DNA of 55,143 bases from Deltaproteobacteria bacterium (GTDB lineage Bacteria; Myxococcota; Myxococcia; Myxococcales; UBA5297), in contig JACRCT010000256.1 of assembly GCA_016218885.1 (NCBI GenBank), positions 1 to 55,143 on the forward strand, written 5' to 3'. Both the position numbers and the translations under genes were made by a program. Numbering within the stretch: the first letter of the stretch is position 1; each line of letters begins with the position of its first letter. Shown in pieces: positions 33,108 to 41,313 of this stretch. The notes beneath the pieces were generated by a model that had not been told where the DNA came from, ran no database searches, and saw nothing but the letters and a program-made list of their open reading frames with translations.

Positions 33108-34279
33108 CCGCAGGTCAATTCCAGGAAGTTGGTCACTGCGGATACGAGCTCACGGTTTCCCTCACTACCGAGAACGGTACTCGGAAGTACGCGCTAGGCA
33201 TTGGAGCGTCCTCCCCATACCCGACAGCGGTGATCGCCGTATACGCGTTGCCATTGGGCATTGCGGTAGGAACGATTCAGCTTGGCGGCATCGGGCAGCA
33301 ATGGAATCCGCCACCCTTCCCTGGCTGCCTATCAATCTTCATTGGGTCAGACACGGAAGGTCGATTCGGGCACCAATGCCCTGCGTGCGAGGGCTATTGG
33401 CGATCGGACGGCGTCGGCATCCGATGGCCTATGAGGTGCGCCTACTGCGGGGCCAAGGGCTTCGCTCATGAATTCCTGACCGATGGGCAGAGGTCGTTCG
33501 TCCAAGCGTGCTGCGAGTGGATCCAGGACGCCATCGGCTCCGAAGTCGACGGCAAGAAGACCCTGAAGCTAGACGAGGTGGCGGACCGAATCGCCCATGG
33601 AGCGGAGCAGCCGAGCTTCTACTACGTCGAAGAAAGCCAGCAGAACAAGTTCGAGTGTGCTGCGTGTGGAACGTGGAACGACGTGCTTGGCCGCTTTGGC
33701 TACTGCTCGTCATGTGGCACCTGGAATGGGCACCAGGAACTGGAGGCTGATGTCGCGCGCATACGAGACCAGATCAACACGACTTCGGCGTGGGAGCGCT
33801 CGATTCAGGAGCTCGTGGGGGCATTCGACTCCGTCGCAAGGCAGTACGCTAAGCAGCTTCTCGATTGCGTGCCGGTCTCTGCGCGGCGGCGCAAGCTCCT
33901 TGAGCGCGTCTTGTTCCACGATCTCAACGCCCGTGCTGGCGAACTCAAGACCATCTTCGACATCGACGTCCTCAAGGATTTGGGTGCGCCTGACGTGACG
34001 TTTGCGGCCATGATGTTCGAACGGCGCCACGTCTACGAGCACAACGGAGGCGAGGCGGACGAGAGGTACATCCAGGCGTCCGGTGACAGTTCGGTTCGCC
34101 CGAAGCAGGCCATCATTGAGACCCGGGAGAACGCCCACCGCCTCGCCGGGATCGTGACGAAGCTCGGACGGAACCTCCATTCCGGTTTCCATGAACTCCT
34201 CCCCGTCGAGGAGGGGCCTGTGAAGCTGGAACAAGAGCGGAAGGCCAGAATGAAGGCGCGTATGGCTAGCGGACCGTGA
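33104..34279 (+). CDS. double zinc-ribbon protein with C-terminal Rx4H (HEPN-like) domain, paralog B
   Basis: GTG start overlapping the upstream stop (GTGA). Zinc-ribbon motifs CPACEG...CAYCG and CAACG...CSSCG. C-terminal FERRHVYEHNGG, with the Rx4H motif at nt 34025-34042. Alignable to paralog A across the second ribbon and C-domain. Confidence 0.7.
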   Translation: MTAGQFQEVGHCGYELTVSLTTENGTRKYALGIGASSPYPTAVIAVYALPLGIAVGTIQLGGIGQQWNPPPFPGCLSIFIGSDTEGRFGHQCPACEGYWRSDGVGIRWPMRCAYCGAKGFAHEFLTDGQRSFVQACCEWIQDAIGSEVDGKKTLKLDEVADRIAHGAEQPSFYYVEESQQNKFECAACGTWNDVLGRFGYCSSCGTWNGHQELEADVARIRDQINTTSAWERSIQELVGAFDSVARQYAKQLLDCVPVSARRRKLLERVLFHDLNARAGELKTIFDIDVLKDLGAPDVTFAAMMFERRHVYEHNGGEADERYIQASGDSSVRPKQAIIETRENAHRLAGIVTKLGRNLHSGFHELLPVEEGPVKLEQERKARMKARMASGP

Positions 34280-34414
34280 CACCCGGTGCCTGGGTGCGAT
34301 TTGCTCTCGGACGGGCCCGCTGCACCTCGCCAGGACCGCAGAAGGAGGAGCAGTCCGAAACTGGCTTACGCGTCTTCCCGCCGAGGCGTCAGGCCGGTCT
34401 CGTAGTGTGAGCCT

Positions 34415-35230
34415 ATGGCCCAATCAACCAGACCCACACCTGAGCAAATGGCGGAGGCCGAGTACCTCGGACTCACTCTGGAGAATCCCTACCAGAACCA
34501 GCCAGGGAAGCCGCTCGCCCTTGCGGTCACCACCCAGTTCGCGAAGCCCCACGGCGCCGGCCATGGAGAGCAGTTTCTACTCTTTGCTGACCACATGCTC
34601 CGAATGATGTGGGATGCGCTCGCCTACTGGACGCCGGAGCGGATTGAGCACTCGGCGCTCGCGCGGGCTGGCGAGGCGGCCGAGCCCTCGCTGTTGTCGC
34701 GGGAGGCGAGCCTCTTCGCTGCGCAGTATTTCAAGAAGTGGCTGCCTGCCCTTCACGAATGGGCTCGCCATGACCACTCCGTTCGAGCCAGTGGCCAGTA
34801 TGAGCGTGCTCTATTCGTCCGCGACCTTCTCCAGGAGGCCACCCAGGCCCTGGAGCGCCGATCGACGGCCCTTGAGGGGCGTGCACTTGATCTGCGGCTC
34901 CGGTTCGACCTTCGCCACATCCAGGCCCTGCTCGCCAGAGAGGACCTGGCGGCAGCTCTGATCTCAGCGGTTGATCAGGCCGCTTTGGCTGCTGACAAGG
35001 CGCGCTTCGATGCAGTCCGAGAGGAACTTGAGAAGGCAGCCGCTCGCCTCGAGCCCCGCCTCGGGCGCCTGGAGGATGCTATCGAGTTCCTATGGGAGCG
35101 TAGCGTCAAGCAGTGGGGACGCGAGGAACTCCTTGCCGGCGGGCCCGTTCGCAAGACCGTGGGCGCGCTCGCGGTCGGCCTTCGATCTGCTTTGATGAGC
35201 GCGGTCTTCAAGAAGTTGCTTGGTCCCTAG
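34415..35230 (+). CDS. hypothetical helical protein
   Basis: 271-aa ORF with Ala/Leu/Arg/Glu-rich helical repeats in the C-half. No motif recognised. Confidence 0.5.
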   Translation: MAQSTRPTPEQMAEAEYLGLTLENPYQNQPGKPLALAVTTQFAKPHGAGHGEQFLLFADHMLRMMWDALAYWTPERIEHSALARAGEAAEPSLLSREASLFAAQYFKKWLPALHEWARHDHSVRASGQYERALFVRDLLQEATQALERRSTALEGRALDLRLRFDLRHIQALLAREDLAAALISAVDQAALAADKARFDAVREELEKAAARLEPRLGRLEDAIEFLWERSVKQWGREELLAGGPVRKTVGALAVGLRSALMSAVFKKLLGP

Positions 35231-35356
35231 CGCCCTCCGCGAGCGGGTAGTGGGATACACGCCGCCTTCGAACTTCCTGGGCTCAATTCGGTACAAGAAC
35301 TGAGTCGCGATCTCCGCGTTCTCGCGATCATCGGCGCGACCGATGCTGAGCACACC

Positions 35357-36331
35357 ATGTCCTTGGAAGGTCAGACTACGAACTTCACGTGTGGCCCCGC
35401 CAGCCTACGAATCGCCAGGTCGCTTCTGGGCGGCGGGCTCCAATACGACAATACCGAGATTCAGGAAGACGACGTTCGTAGGAAGTCGGGCTTGGCCCGG
35501 CGGGAAGTGATGTTCGGTGGCACCAGCGAGTTCGCCATGAAGAGAGCGGCGCGCGCGATGGGAATGACAATTCGGATTCGCGACTACGTGAAGCGGGATC
35601 CGGAGCGGGTGCTGCGAGACATCAGGATCGCCACGGCGAAGGGCCATCCTTGCATCGTCTGCGTGCACGGCCAGGACGAGGGGTATTTCCACTGGATGTG
35701 CGTCGCGAGCGTGGTGGGCCAGTGGGCAGTCGTCCTGGATCCTGCCATGACCGACTGGTGGCTCCCGGAGAGAACTTTCTGGACGGCCGATCGCAGCCAC
35801 TCGCTGACTCCCTCCCTGATGCGGGTGAGCAGACTGCTCCAGTGGATCGACCCCGGCGACGAGCTCGCGGAGAAGGTCCTGGAGCAGTACGGGACCAGCC
35901 ATCAGGTGCTCGAGGTCGCGGTGGCTCCCGGTCAAGGGCATCGCTACGTTCGCGGCACCATCACCGAGGAAACGGTGAGGGCGATGCGCCGAGACCTCAC
36001 GATGGCTTCGGACTTCGACCAGGTCATCCAGGACCTGAAGGAGACCTTCTCCTTCTCATGCAGTCGTGCCCCGGCCGGTGCTGTGCCGGCGGGGCGGTTC
36101 CTGCGTCGCAATGCCGAGCGCCTGACCAAGCTAGTGACAGAACGCGTGGTTAACTCCGCCTGCGACGCGAGGTCAGTCCGGGAGCAGATCCGGAGGCTGG
36201 TACGTGTGGCCAGTGGGTACGCTTTCTACGTGCGCCGAGGCGACGAGCCCAAGGTCTTGGCGGCCCTCGCCTTCCACCTGGGATGGCACTCCTGCAGTGT
36301 CGCCTACGGCATCGAGGAAGGGGCGGCGTAG
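35357..36331 (+). CDS. C39-like papain-fold cysteine peptidase domain protein with unknown C-terminal domain
   Basis: 324 aa. N-terminus QTTNFTCGPASLRIA (Gln-x5-Cys context of C39-like peptidases), then GYFHWMCVASVVGQWAVVLDP (candidate His and Asp). The last 170 aa or so are unassigned. Confidence 0.6.
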   Translation: MSLEGQTTNFTCGPASLRIARSLLGGGLQYDNTEIQEDDVRRKSGLARREVMFGGTSEFAMKRAARAMGMTIRIRDYVKRDPERVLRDIRIATAKGHPCIVCVHGQDEGYFHWMCVASVVGQWAVVLDPAMTDWWLPERTFWTADRSHSLTPSLMRVSRLLQWIDPGDELAEKVLEQYGTSHQVLEVAVAPGQGHRYVRGTITEETVRAMRRDLTMASDFDQVIQDLKETFSFSCSRAPAGAVPAGRFLRRNAERLTKLVTERVVNSACDARSVREQIRRLVRVASGYAFYVRRGDEPKVLAALAFHLGWHSCSVAYGIEEGAA

Positions 36332-36445
36332 AGGATGCGCGTCCCGTCGAGTGGGAAGCACCAGCACCAGACTGGCCGAGATGGGGCGCGCCTCGCCGCA
36401 AGCCGCCAAACCAGGTCGGGGCTCACGTCTATCTTGCAATAGAGG

Positions 36446-36832
36446 TCATCGACCGACCCCACCTTCAGCGGTCGGTTCCGGCGGTAGGACCTCGAGCTCC
36501 ACTTCCTTCAGGTCGACGTCGACGCCCCATCGCTGGCCGAGCTCGCCGTAGACCTTGCGGCGCTGCTCCTGGTCGAGGTCCACCGCACTCATCCAGAGTA
36601 GAACGCCCGCCTTGTCCATCCGCTGGAGGTCGAAGGTCTCGATGAGCTGGACGGGCGACAGCGCGAGAAGCGCTTCTCTAGAGACGGATCGCCGGCGCAT
36701 GGCCCGGAGACGCCGCGCCTTGAAGACGTCGACAAGCACGGCGATGAGCAGGACGACGCCAAGCCAGCCAACAAACAGCATCAGGTCTGACACCAGGCCC
36801 CAGCGCGCCCGTGGGTGATGCAGCGAGGACAT
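36446..36832 (-). CDS. single-pass membrane protein (hypothetical)
   Basis: 128 aa. TM segment LMLFVGWLGVVLLIAVLVDVF followed by a basic patch. Confidence 0.45.
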   Translation of the reverse strand: MSSLHHPRARWGLVSDLMLFVGWLGVVLLIAVLVDVFKARRLRAMRRRSVSREALLALSPVQLIETFDLQRMDKAGVLLWMSAVDLDQEQRRKVYGELGQRWGVDVDLKEVELEVLPPEPTAEGGVGR

Positions 36833-36959
36833 TTCCCGGGCTTCCGAGCTCTCCCGCCGCCACTACGGGGGACGATACCCGTTCAACGGACAGTCGGCGA
36901 TGTCGGGGCACGTGGGCGATGTAGGCCACGACTCAGGCGAGTCTGGCTGGCGCATCGCC

Positions 36960-37229
36960 CTACGGCCTGGTGCTTCGCCCAGAGCGCCTGCTTGGCCGGC
37001 CCGGCCTGGATGGCTCCAGCTTGGCCGGCCTCAACAGCACTGCCGGCTTCACGCCCAGGGCCTTCGCCAGCAACTCCAGGCTGCTCACGTGGAGGTCCAC
37101 GCTGCCGCGCTCGATTCTCTGCAGGTGGCGACCGTTGAACCCTGCGGCCTCCGCGAGCTCCGCTTGGCTGAGCCCAAGCTTCACGCGAAGTCGCCGAGTG
37201 TTGGCGCCGATGTAGGAGAGAAGCGGCAT
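36960..37229 (-). CDS. XRE-family HTH transcriptional regulator
   Basis: 89 aa. IGANTRRLRVKLGLSQAELAEAAGFNGRHLQRIERG is a canonical Cro/C1-type HTH. Confidence 0.8.
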   Translation of the reverse strand: MPLLSYIGANTRRLRVKLGLSQAELAEAAGFNGRHLQRIERGSVDLHVSSLELLAKALGVKPAVLLRPAKLEPSRPGRPSRRSGRSTRP

Positions 37230-37326
37230 CCCGTAGTCGGGTACCGCGCTCTTCCCGGCAGATATGTATCACTAGGAGCCGTGTTACTGTCCGTCCTCAT
37301 CGGCGCCATGTCCGTGGCGCGGTCAG

Positions 37327-37367
37327 ATTGAGGGATACGAGTGCCGGACCTCGAGCCTGCCCTCAAT
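37327..37367. promoter_or_regulatory. inverted repeat in the XRE / TPR divergent region
   Basis: attgaggg (37327-34) and ccctcaat (37360-67), perfect 8-bp arms (9/10 when extended) with a 25-nt spacer. Confidence 0.4.
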
Positions 37368-37432
37368 TTGCAGCCGGGGGGAGCCTTGGAGCAGAAGGCG
37401 GCGCCGCAAGACCCATTCTCTGGGGGAACACC

Positions 37433-39013
37433 GTGAACACACTGCACCGATCACTGATGCTCATCGGAACAATGGTCGCCGCGAGTCTACCCGCCGTACC
37501 GCGCGCCAGCCCCGCGGACGCTGCCAACGAGGCGAAGGGGCACCAGATCTCTGAGGCGCGCAAGGCGATCGCCAAGACAGGAATAGACTACTGGTTCATC
37601 TCACCCGAGGCCCGGGGAGGCAGCAAGGAGTGGTCCAATCAGTTGACTCTCTCTGAGACGGAGGCCGGGAGAACATTGAGCGCGCCTGGCTATATCAAGC
37701 AGGGATACTGCCGTCTGTTTGCCGCGGCACTTCAGGGCAAGGTCATCTCAATGACGGAGGCCGACGTCAGGCAGGTTGTTGGCCCAGGTACTATCTGGAT
37801 TCCACTTCGCCATGGCGATGAAGTCTGCCACCTGCTTGTTGAGGACATCGACCCTTCAGTGACGGACCAAATCGCAAGGTACTTGCCCCACCGGGCCTAT
37901 GAGGTCGGACCGGAGGTGAAGGCGCGGGTCGTAGGCGTTGGCATGGCACCGCTCGGCAACGGGGACCGTCTCCCGGTTATCAGGCTGGTCGCGCAGCGGG
38001 TTTGTCTTCCCTACTGCAAGTCCCCCGCGTCACCTAATCCGGCCACACAGACTCCAGGCGCACAACCAACAAAGAAGGTGGCGAAGCCGGTCATCCAAAG
38101 CGATTCCCAGGGCCCATCACCTTCGGAGGCTGACCGACGCATTGCAATGAACCTGCGCGTCGTCGCCAAAGAACCGAAAAGCGTGGCAGCTTGGATCTCT
38201 CTCGGCAACGACTACTTTGATACCCGTCAGATCCAGCGCTCTATCGATGCATACGGCGAGGCGCTCAAACTCCAGCCCAACAACCCAGACGTACTGACGG
38301 ACCAAGGCGTTATGTACGGCCTGCAATCCAACTTGGATCGGGCCCTCGCCAACTATGAACGTGCTCAGGAGCTCGCTCCGACCCACCTGGCAAGCGCCTT
38401 CAATATCGGCCTCGTCTATGCCCGACGCGGAAGCGACCCTACTCGCGAGGCGGCAGCATGGCGGAGGGTGATCGAGCTCGCTCCCGATAGCGAGCAGGCC
38501 GGCACTGCGCGGAAAGCGCTTCAGGAACTTGGCGAGGCAGAGCGGCAATCGGCGCTAGACAGTGTCCCGTCTACTCTTGGTGCGCAGAGTCGGGCCGACA
38601 TTGAAAAGGCCATCCTCGCTATGACTCAAGGCAAGGACGACTCGACCTGCATTCAGTACTGGCTCAGAGATCTCAATGGGGACGGGGTACCAGAGGTGTT
38701 TTCCATCCCGCAGACCTTTACCAACTGCGGGAACGCCTCCAGATGCATGGTGGACTTGCTGACCTTCAGTAGAGACGGCAGCTTGATGGGCATTGGATCG
38801 TTCGAATCGGAAGTGACAGCGTTCGCTGCCCTTCCAGGTAAGCCATGGAGCGATGTCGTGGCGTTCACCGAACGTGGCGCGTCCCGCTATCGGTTCGAGG
38901 GGACCAGCTACATCCAGGTCAAGGAGAGTGCTGCCGCCACTCAACGCGCATCAAAGGGGGCTAGCGCATGGGGCTTGAGCAGTGGCTTCAGCGAACTTGG
39001 AAGGTGTAGGTAG
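37433..39013 (+). CDS. secreted TPR-repeat protein with FG-GAP-like C-terminal region
   Basis: Signal-like LMLIGTMVAASLPAVPRASPADA. TPR repeats AWISLGNDYFD..AYGEALKLQPNNPDVL..ANYERAQELAP. DLNGDGVPEVF motif. Start is either GTG 37433 or ATG 37457. Confidence 0.7.
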   Translation: MNTLHRSLMLIGTMVAASLPAVPRASPADAANEAKGHQISEARKAIAKTGIDYWFISPEARGGSKEWSNQLTLSETEAGRTLSAPGYIKQGYCRLFAAALQGKVISMTEADVRQVVGPGTIWIPLRHGDEVCHLLVEDIDPSVTDQIARYLPHRAYEVGPEVKARVVGVGMAPLGNGDRLPVIRLVAQRVCLPYCKSPASPNPATQTPGAQPTKKVAKPVIQSDSQGPSPSEADRRIAMNLRVVAKEPKSVAAWISLGNDYFDTRQIQRSIDAYGEALKLQPNNPDVLTDQGVMYGLQSNLDRALANYERAQELAPTHLASAFNIGLVYARRGSDPTREAAAWRRVIELAPDSEQAGTARKALQELGEAERQSALDSVPSTLGAQSRADIEKAILAMTQGKDDSTCIQYWLRDLNGDGVPEVFSIPQTFTNCGNASRCMVDLLTFSRDGSLMGIGSFESEVTAFAALPGKPWSDVVAFTERGASRYRFEGTSYIQVKESAAATQRASKGASAWGLSSGFSELGRCR

Positions 39014-39139
39014 CCCGCGCAGTAACAGGCGAGAGCTTTACACTGAATGAAGCGAAGCAGTGCCTCAGTGGTCACCGCGACACCAAGAGTCCAATTTCAG
39101 GACCTGGAGCGCACAGCCACACTTCAGAATGGAGCCACC

Positions 39140-39604
39140 ATGATCCGTTACATAGTCGCGTCGGCGCTTGCAGCCATGCTACCTAATGTGGCGAGGGCGG
39201 ATGTCATCAATCCTGGGCGTCCCGACGTGACATTTCGCGTCTGCATGTCTTACAAGGGCACCGTCATGCCAGAGGCATTGTACGAGACGCGTTCGTACCC
39301 GCCCACCAGCGCGGTGTCGTGCGTGCGGCAGGGTGATGTTAAGAATCCGATGGTATGCTCGGTTGAACTCAAGAGCGGTGACCCCGAGGACTTCTACGGA
39401 TCCGACCGAGCCTTCATCGACCTCTCGCCGGGGATTCACGAATTCGAAGGAAGGTCGGCGCTGGACCCTTCGCGACTGGTGAAGGTTAGACTCAGCATCG
39501 TGAAGACGGGAACGGGATATGCGTGGCGCCTTGTCGACTTCACTCTTACTGTCCTGCCGGCGAAGGGCACGAAAAGCCCCATAACCGTCACGGTGTGCAA
39601 ATAG
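39140..39604 (+). CDS. small secreted protein (hypothetical)
   Basis: ATG 39140 after GGAG. Signal peptide MIRYIVASALAAMLPNVARADV. Lower G+C than surroundings. Confidence 0.5.
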   Translation: MIRYIVASALAAMLPNVARADVINPGRPDVTFRVCMSYKGTVMPEALYETRSYPPTSAVSCVRQGDVKNPMVCSVELKSGDPEDFYGSDRAFIDLSPGIHEFEGRSALDPSRLVKVRLSIVKTGTGYAWRLVDFTLTVLPAKGTKSPITVTVCK

Positions 39605-39757
39605 TCAGAGGACCTGTGACAACATGCCCGCGTGGGCCAGCACATTGAGGTGGCGCGTGGCTCGTGAATAGTTTCGGCGCGGCCTCTGGGGCGATGCTCG
39701 TTGTCGCTTTGGTGGTAGTTGGTATAGCGGGCTCGCATCCCGCGTGTCGTGCGCCAA

Positions 39758-40186
39758 CTATGCTACGAAACTATCCGAGTAGCGCAGACGCAGTTCAGCC
39801 GCCACGTCGTTCTCGAAGCTCGACAAGCGGCTGGGCTCCACGTGCTTCGTGAAGTACTCTCGCAGGTCGAGACGCTGTACGCCGTACAGCAAGACCTCCG
39901 CGAGATGGTCGTGATGCTCGGCTTCCAGCCACCTCTCCGCCGCCGCAATGCGCTCTCGGAGGGGGATGCGCTCGTTGAACTGGACTGCCAGCCCAGCCTG
40001 CCGCCTTGACTCACGCTCCGCCGTCGGCATCGGCGCTCCAACTGAGCCGCATGCAGCCAGATAGCGAGCATGGTAGCGGCGATGCTGAGCCACCTCGGCG
40101 GGGACGAGCGTCGAATAGGCGAAGTCGCAAATGCGGCACCGGCCGTCGCCTGCGAGGTTCGGGTGCGGAACGAAGTTGGACTTCAC
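39758..40186 (-). CDS. hypothetical protein with CxxC...HxxxH zinc-finger-like motif
   Basis: GTG 40186 overlapping the upstream stop (GTGA). 142 aa. Motif GRCRICDFAYSTLVPAEVAQHRRYH. Confidence 0.45.
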   Translation of the reverse strand: MKSNFVPHPNLAGDGRCRICDFAYSTLVPAEVAQHRRYHARYLAACGSVGAPMPTAERESRRQAGLAVQFNERIPLRERIAAAERWLEAEHHDHLAEVLLYGVQRLDLREYFTKHVEPSRLSSFENDVAAELRLRYSDSFVA

Positions 40187-40500
40187 AGAGAACTCCTCTG
40201 GACGCTGGAGTTGCGCCGGGATTGCCAGTTGGCGCACTGGAAGCAGGCGAAACGAGATCTGTTGGCATCGCGGGGGACCACACCGATCACGCTTGTCTGC
40301 CCCGCGCAGCTTGGGCACACCAGCCAGCGGCGAACTGCACCGAATGAGCCTGCGGAGGGCACGCGGACAATCTTCACGATTGCTGACACGCCACCGGCCT
40401 GCACATGAACCTTCTTCAGGGTGGCGAACTCCCTCGGCGAAAACTGGGCACGGATCTGACGGATCGAGATCCGCGTTACGGCGTCGCGCAGGAGAGTCAC
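40183..40500 (-). CDS. small zinc-ribbon protein (hypothetical)
   Basis: GTG 40500 overlapping the upstream stop (GTGA). 105 aa. Motif CPSCAG...(x21)...CFQC. Confidence 0.45.
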   Translation of the reverse strand: MTLLRDAVTRISIRQIRAQFSPREFATLKKVHVQAGGVSAIVKIVRVPSAGSFGAVRRWLVCPSCAGQTSVIGVVPRDANRSRFACFQCANWQSRRNSSVQRSSL

Positions 40501-40958
40501 TGGCCACCTCCGGCGAAGTCGACACGGTCCGCGTGCCCGATCACCACGCTGGGCCTCTGGCGTAAAGAGCTCTCCACGCCGAGCTGCCTCACCGCCATCA
40601 CCATCCGCTTGGCCACGCCGTCGAGGGCGCGAGAGAGTGCGGCCACCGCTTCGAAGTCCCGCGCCGCCACACGCTGAGCAAGCAGGCCCTCTAGGACGCG
40701 GAGCTGGCTCCGGCAGGCCGCGGCGGTGCGGGCCAGCAGGCGGACCCGGGCGCCATCCCCCGCAGGCCCGGCGAGCGCCTCGGCAAGCTGGCGCGTGTCC
40801 TCGACGAGTCCCTGGATGGTTGCTTGGTCGCCGGAGACGAAACCAATGATGGCGGCCTGGTCGAATGGCGTCAGGCCCAGCGCGCGGGTGGGCATGGGCG
40901 GGGCGGGGGTCGGCGAGACGGTGAGGCAGCGGTCTTCCGCGGAAGGTGAGGTGTGCAT
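40497..40958 (-). CDS. hypothetical helical protein
   Basis: ATG 40958 within track ORF 40497..41261. 153 aa. The upstream part of the track ORF is not protein-like. Confidence 0.4.
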   Translation of the reverse strand: MHTSPSAEDRCLTVSPTPAPPMPTRALGLTPFDQAAIIGFVSGDQATIQGLVEDTRQLAEALAGPAGDGARVRLLARTAAACRSQLRVLEGLLAQRVAARDFEAVAALSRALDGVAKRMVMAVRQLGVESSLRQRPSVVIGHADRVDFAGGGQ

Positions 40959-41078
40959 GACGAAGCATAGGTGGTGGCGCCGGCGGCACCACATCCTCCC
41001 CACTGCCTCCTTGACCGGGTGGGGTGGCCGCCGCCCTCCCCGCCCGGCTGGACGGGCCGCGTGTCCTCGACTGGGCGA

Positions 41079-41192
41079 TGTGACGTCGCCGGCAGCGCAA
41101 GAGGTCACAGCGGCCGCGGGCAATTTCCACCAGTAAGTACGGGACCCTGACCCAAGCCCGCAATCCGGAACTTCGATTGTGACCGTGTGACC
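41079..41192. repeat. cluster of four TGTGAC(C) motifs (iteron/operator-like)
   Basis: TGTGACg at 41079-85, GGTCACA (inverted) at 41103-09, and tandem TGTGACCgTGTGACC at 41178-92. All lie in the 355-nt non-coding gap between the helicase gene and the downstream operon. Confidence 0.5.
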
Positions 41193-41313
41193 ACCTCCCT
41201 GCTGGGGAATTTCTTGGAAATGATCTTCGTGGGTGGCTTGGTAGCGGCTACAGGGCCACAACGGACGCGCCGGAGGCGGCGTGTGCCCCCGGCGGTCCCG
41301 TCGTTTCAGGGAG

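Noticed and set aside
39690-39756. tRNA-like fragment (gtagttggtatagc resembling a D-arm; gcggg-ctcgcat-cccgc resembling a T-arm; ...gcgcca)
   Set aside because: I could not build a 7-bp acceptor stem or any anticodon arm, and the T-loop deviates from TTCGAAT/TTCAAAT. At best it is a tRNA remnant or att scar, so it is not reported as a gene.
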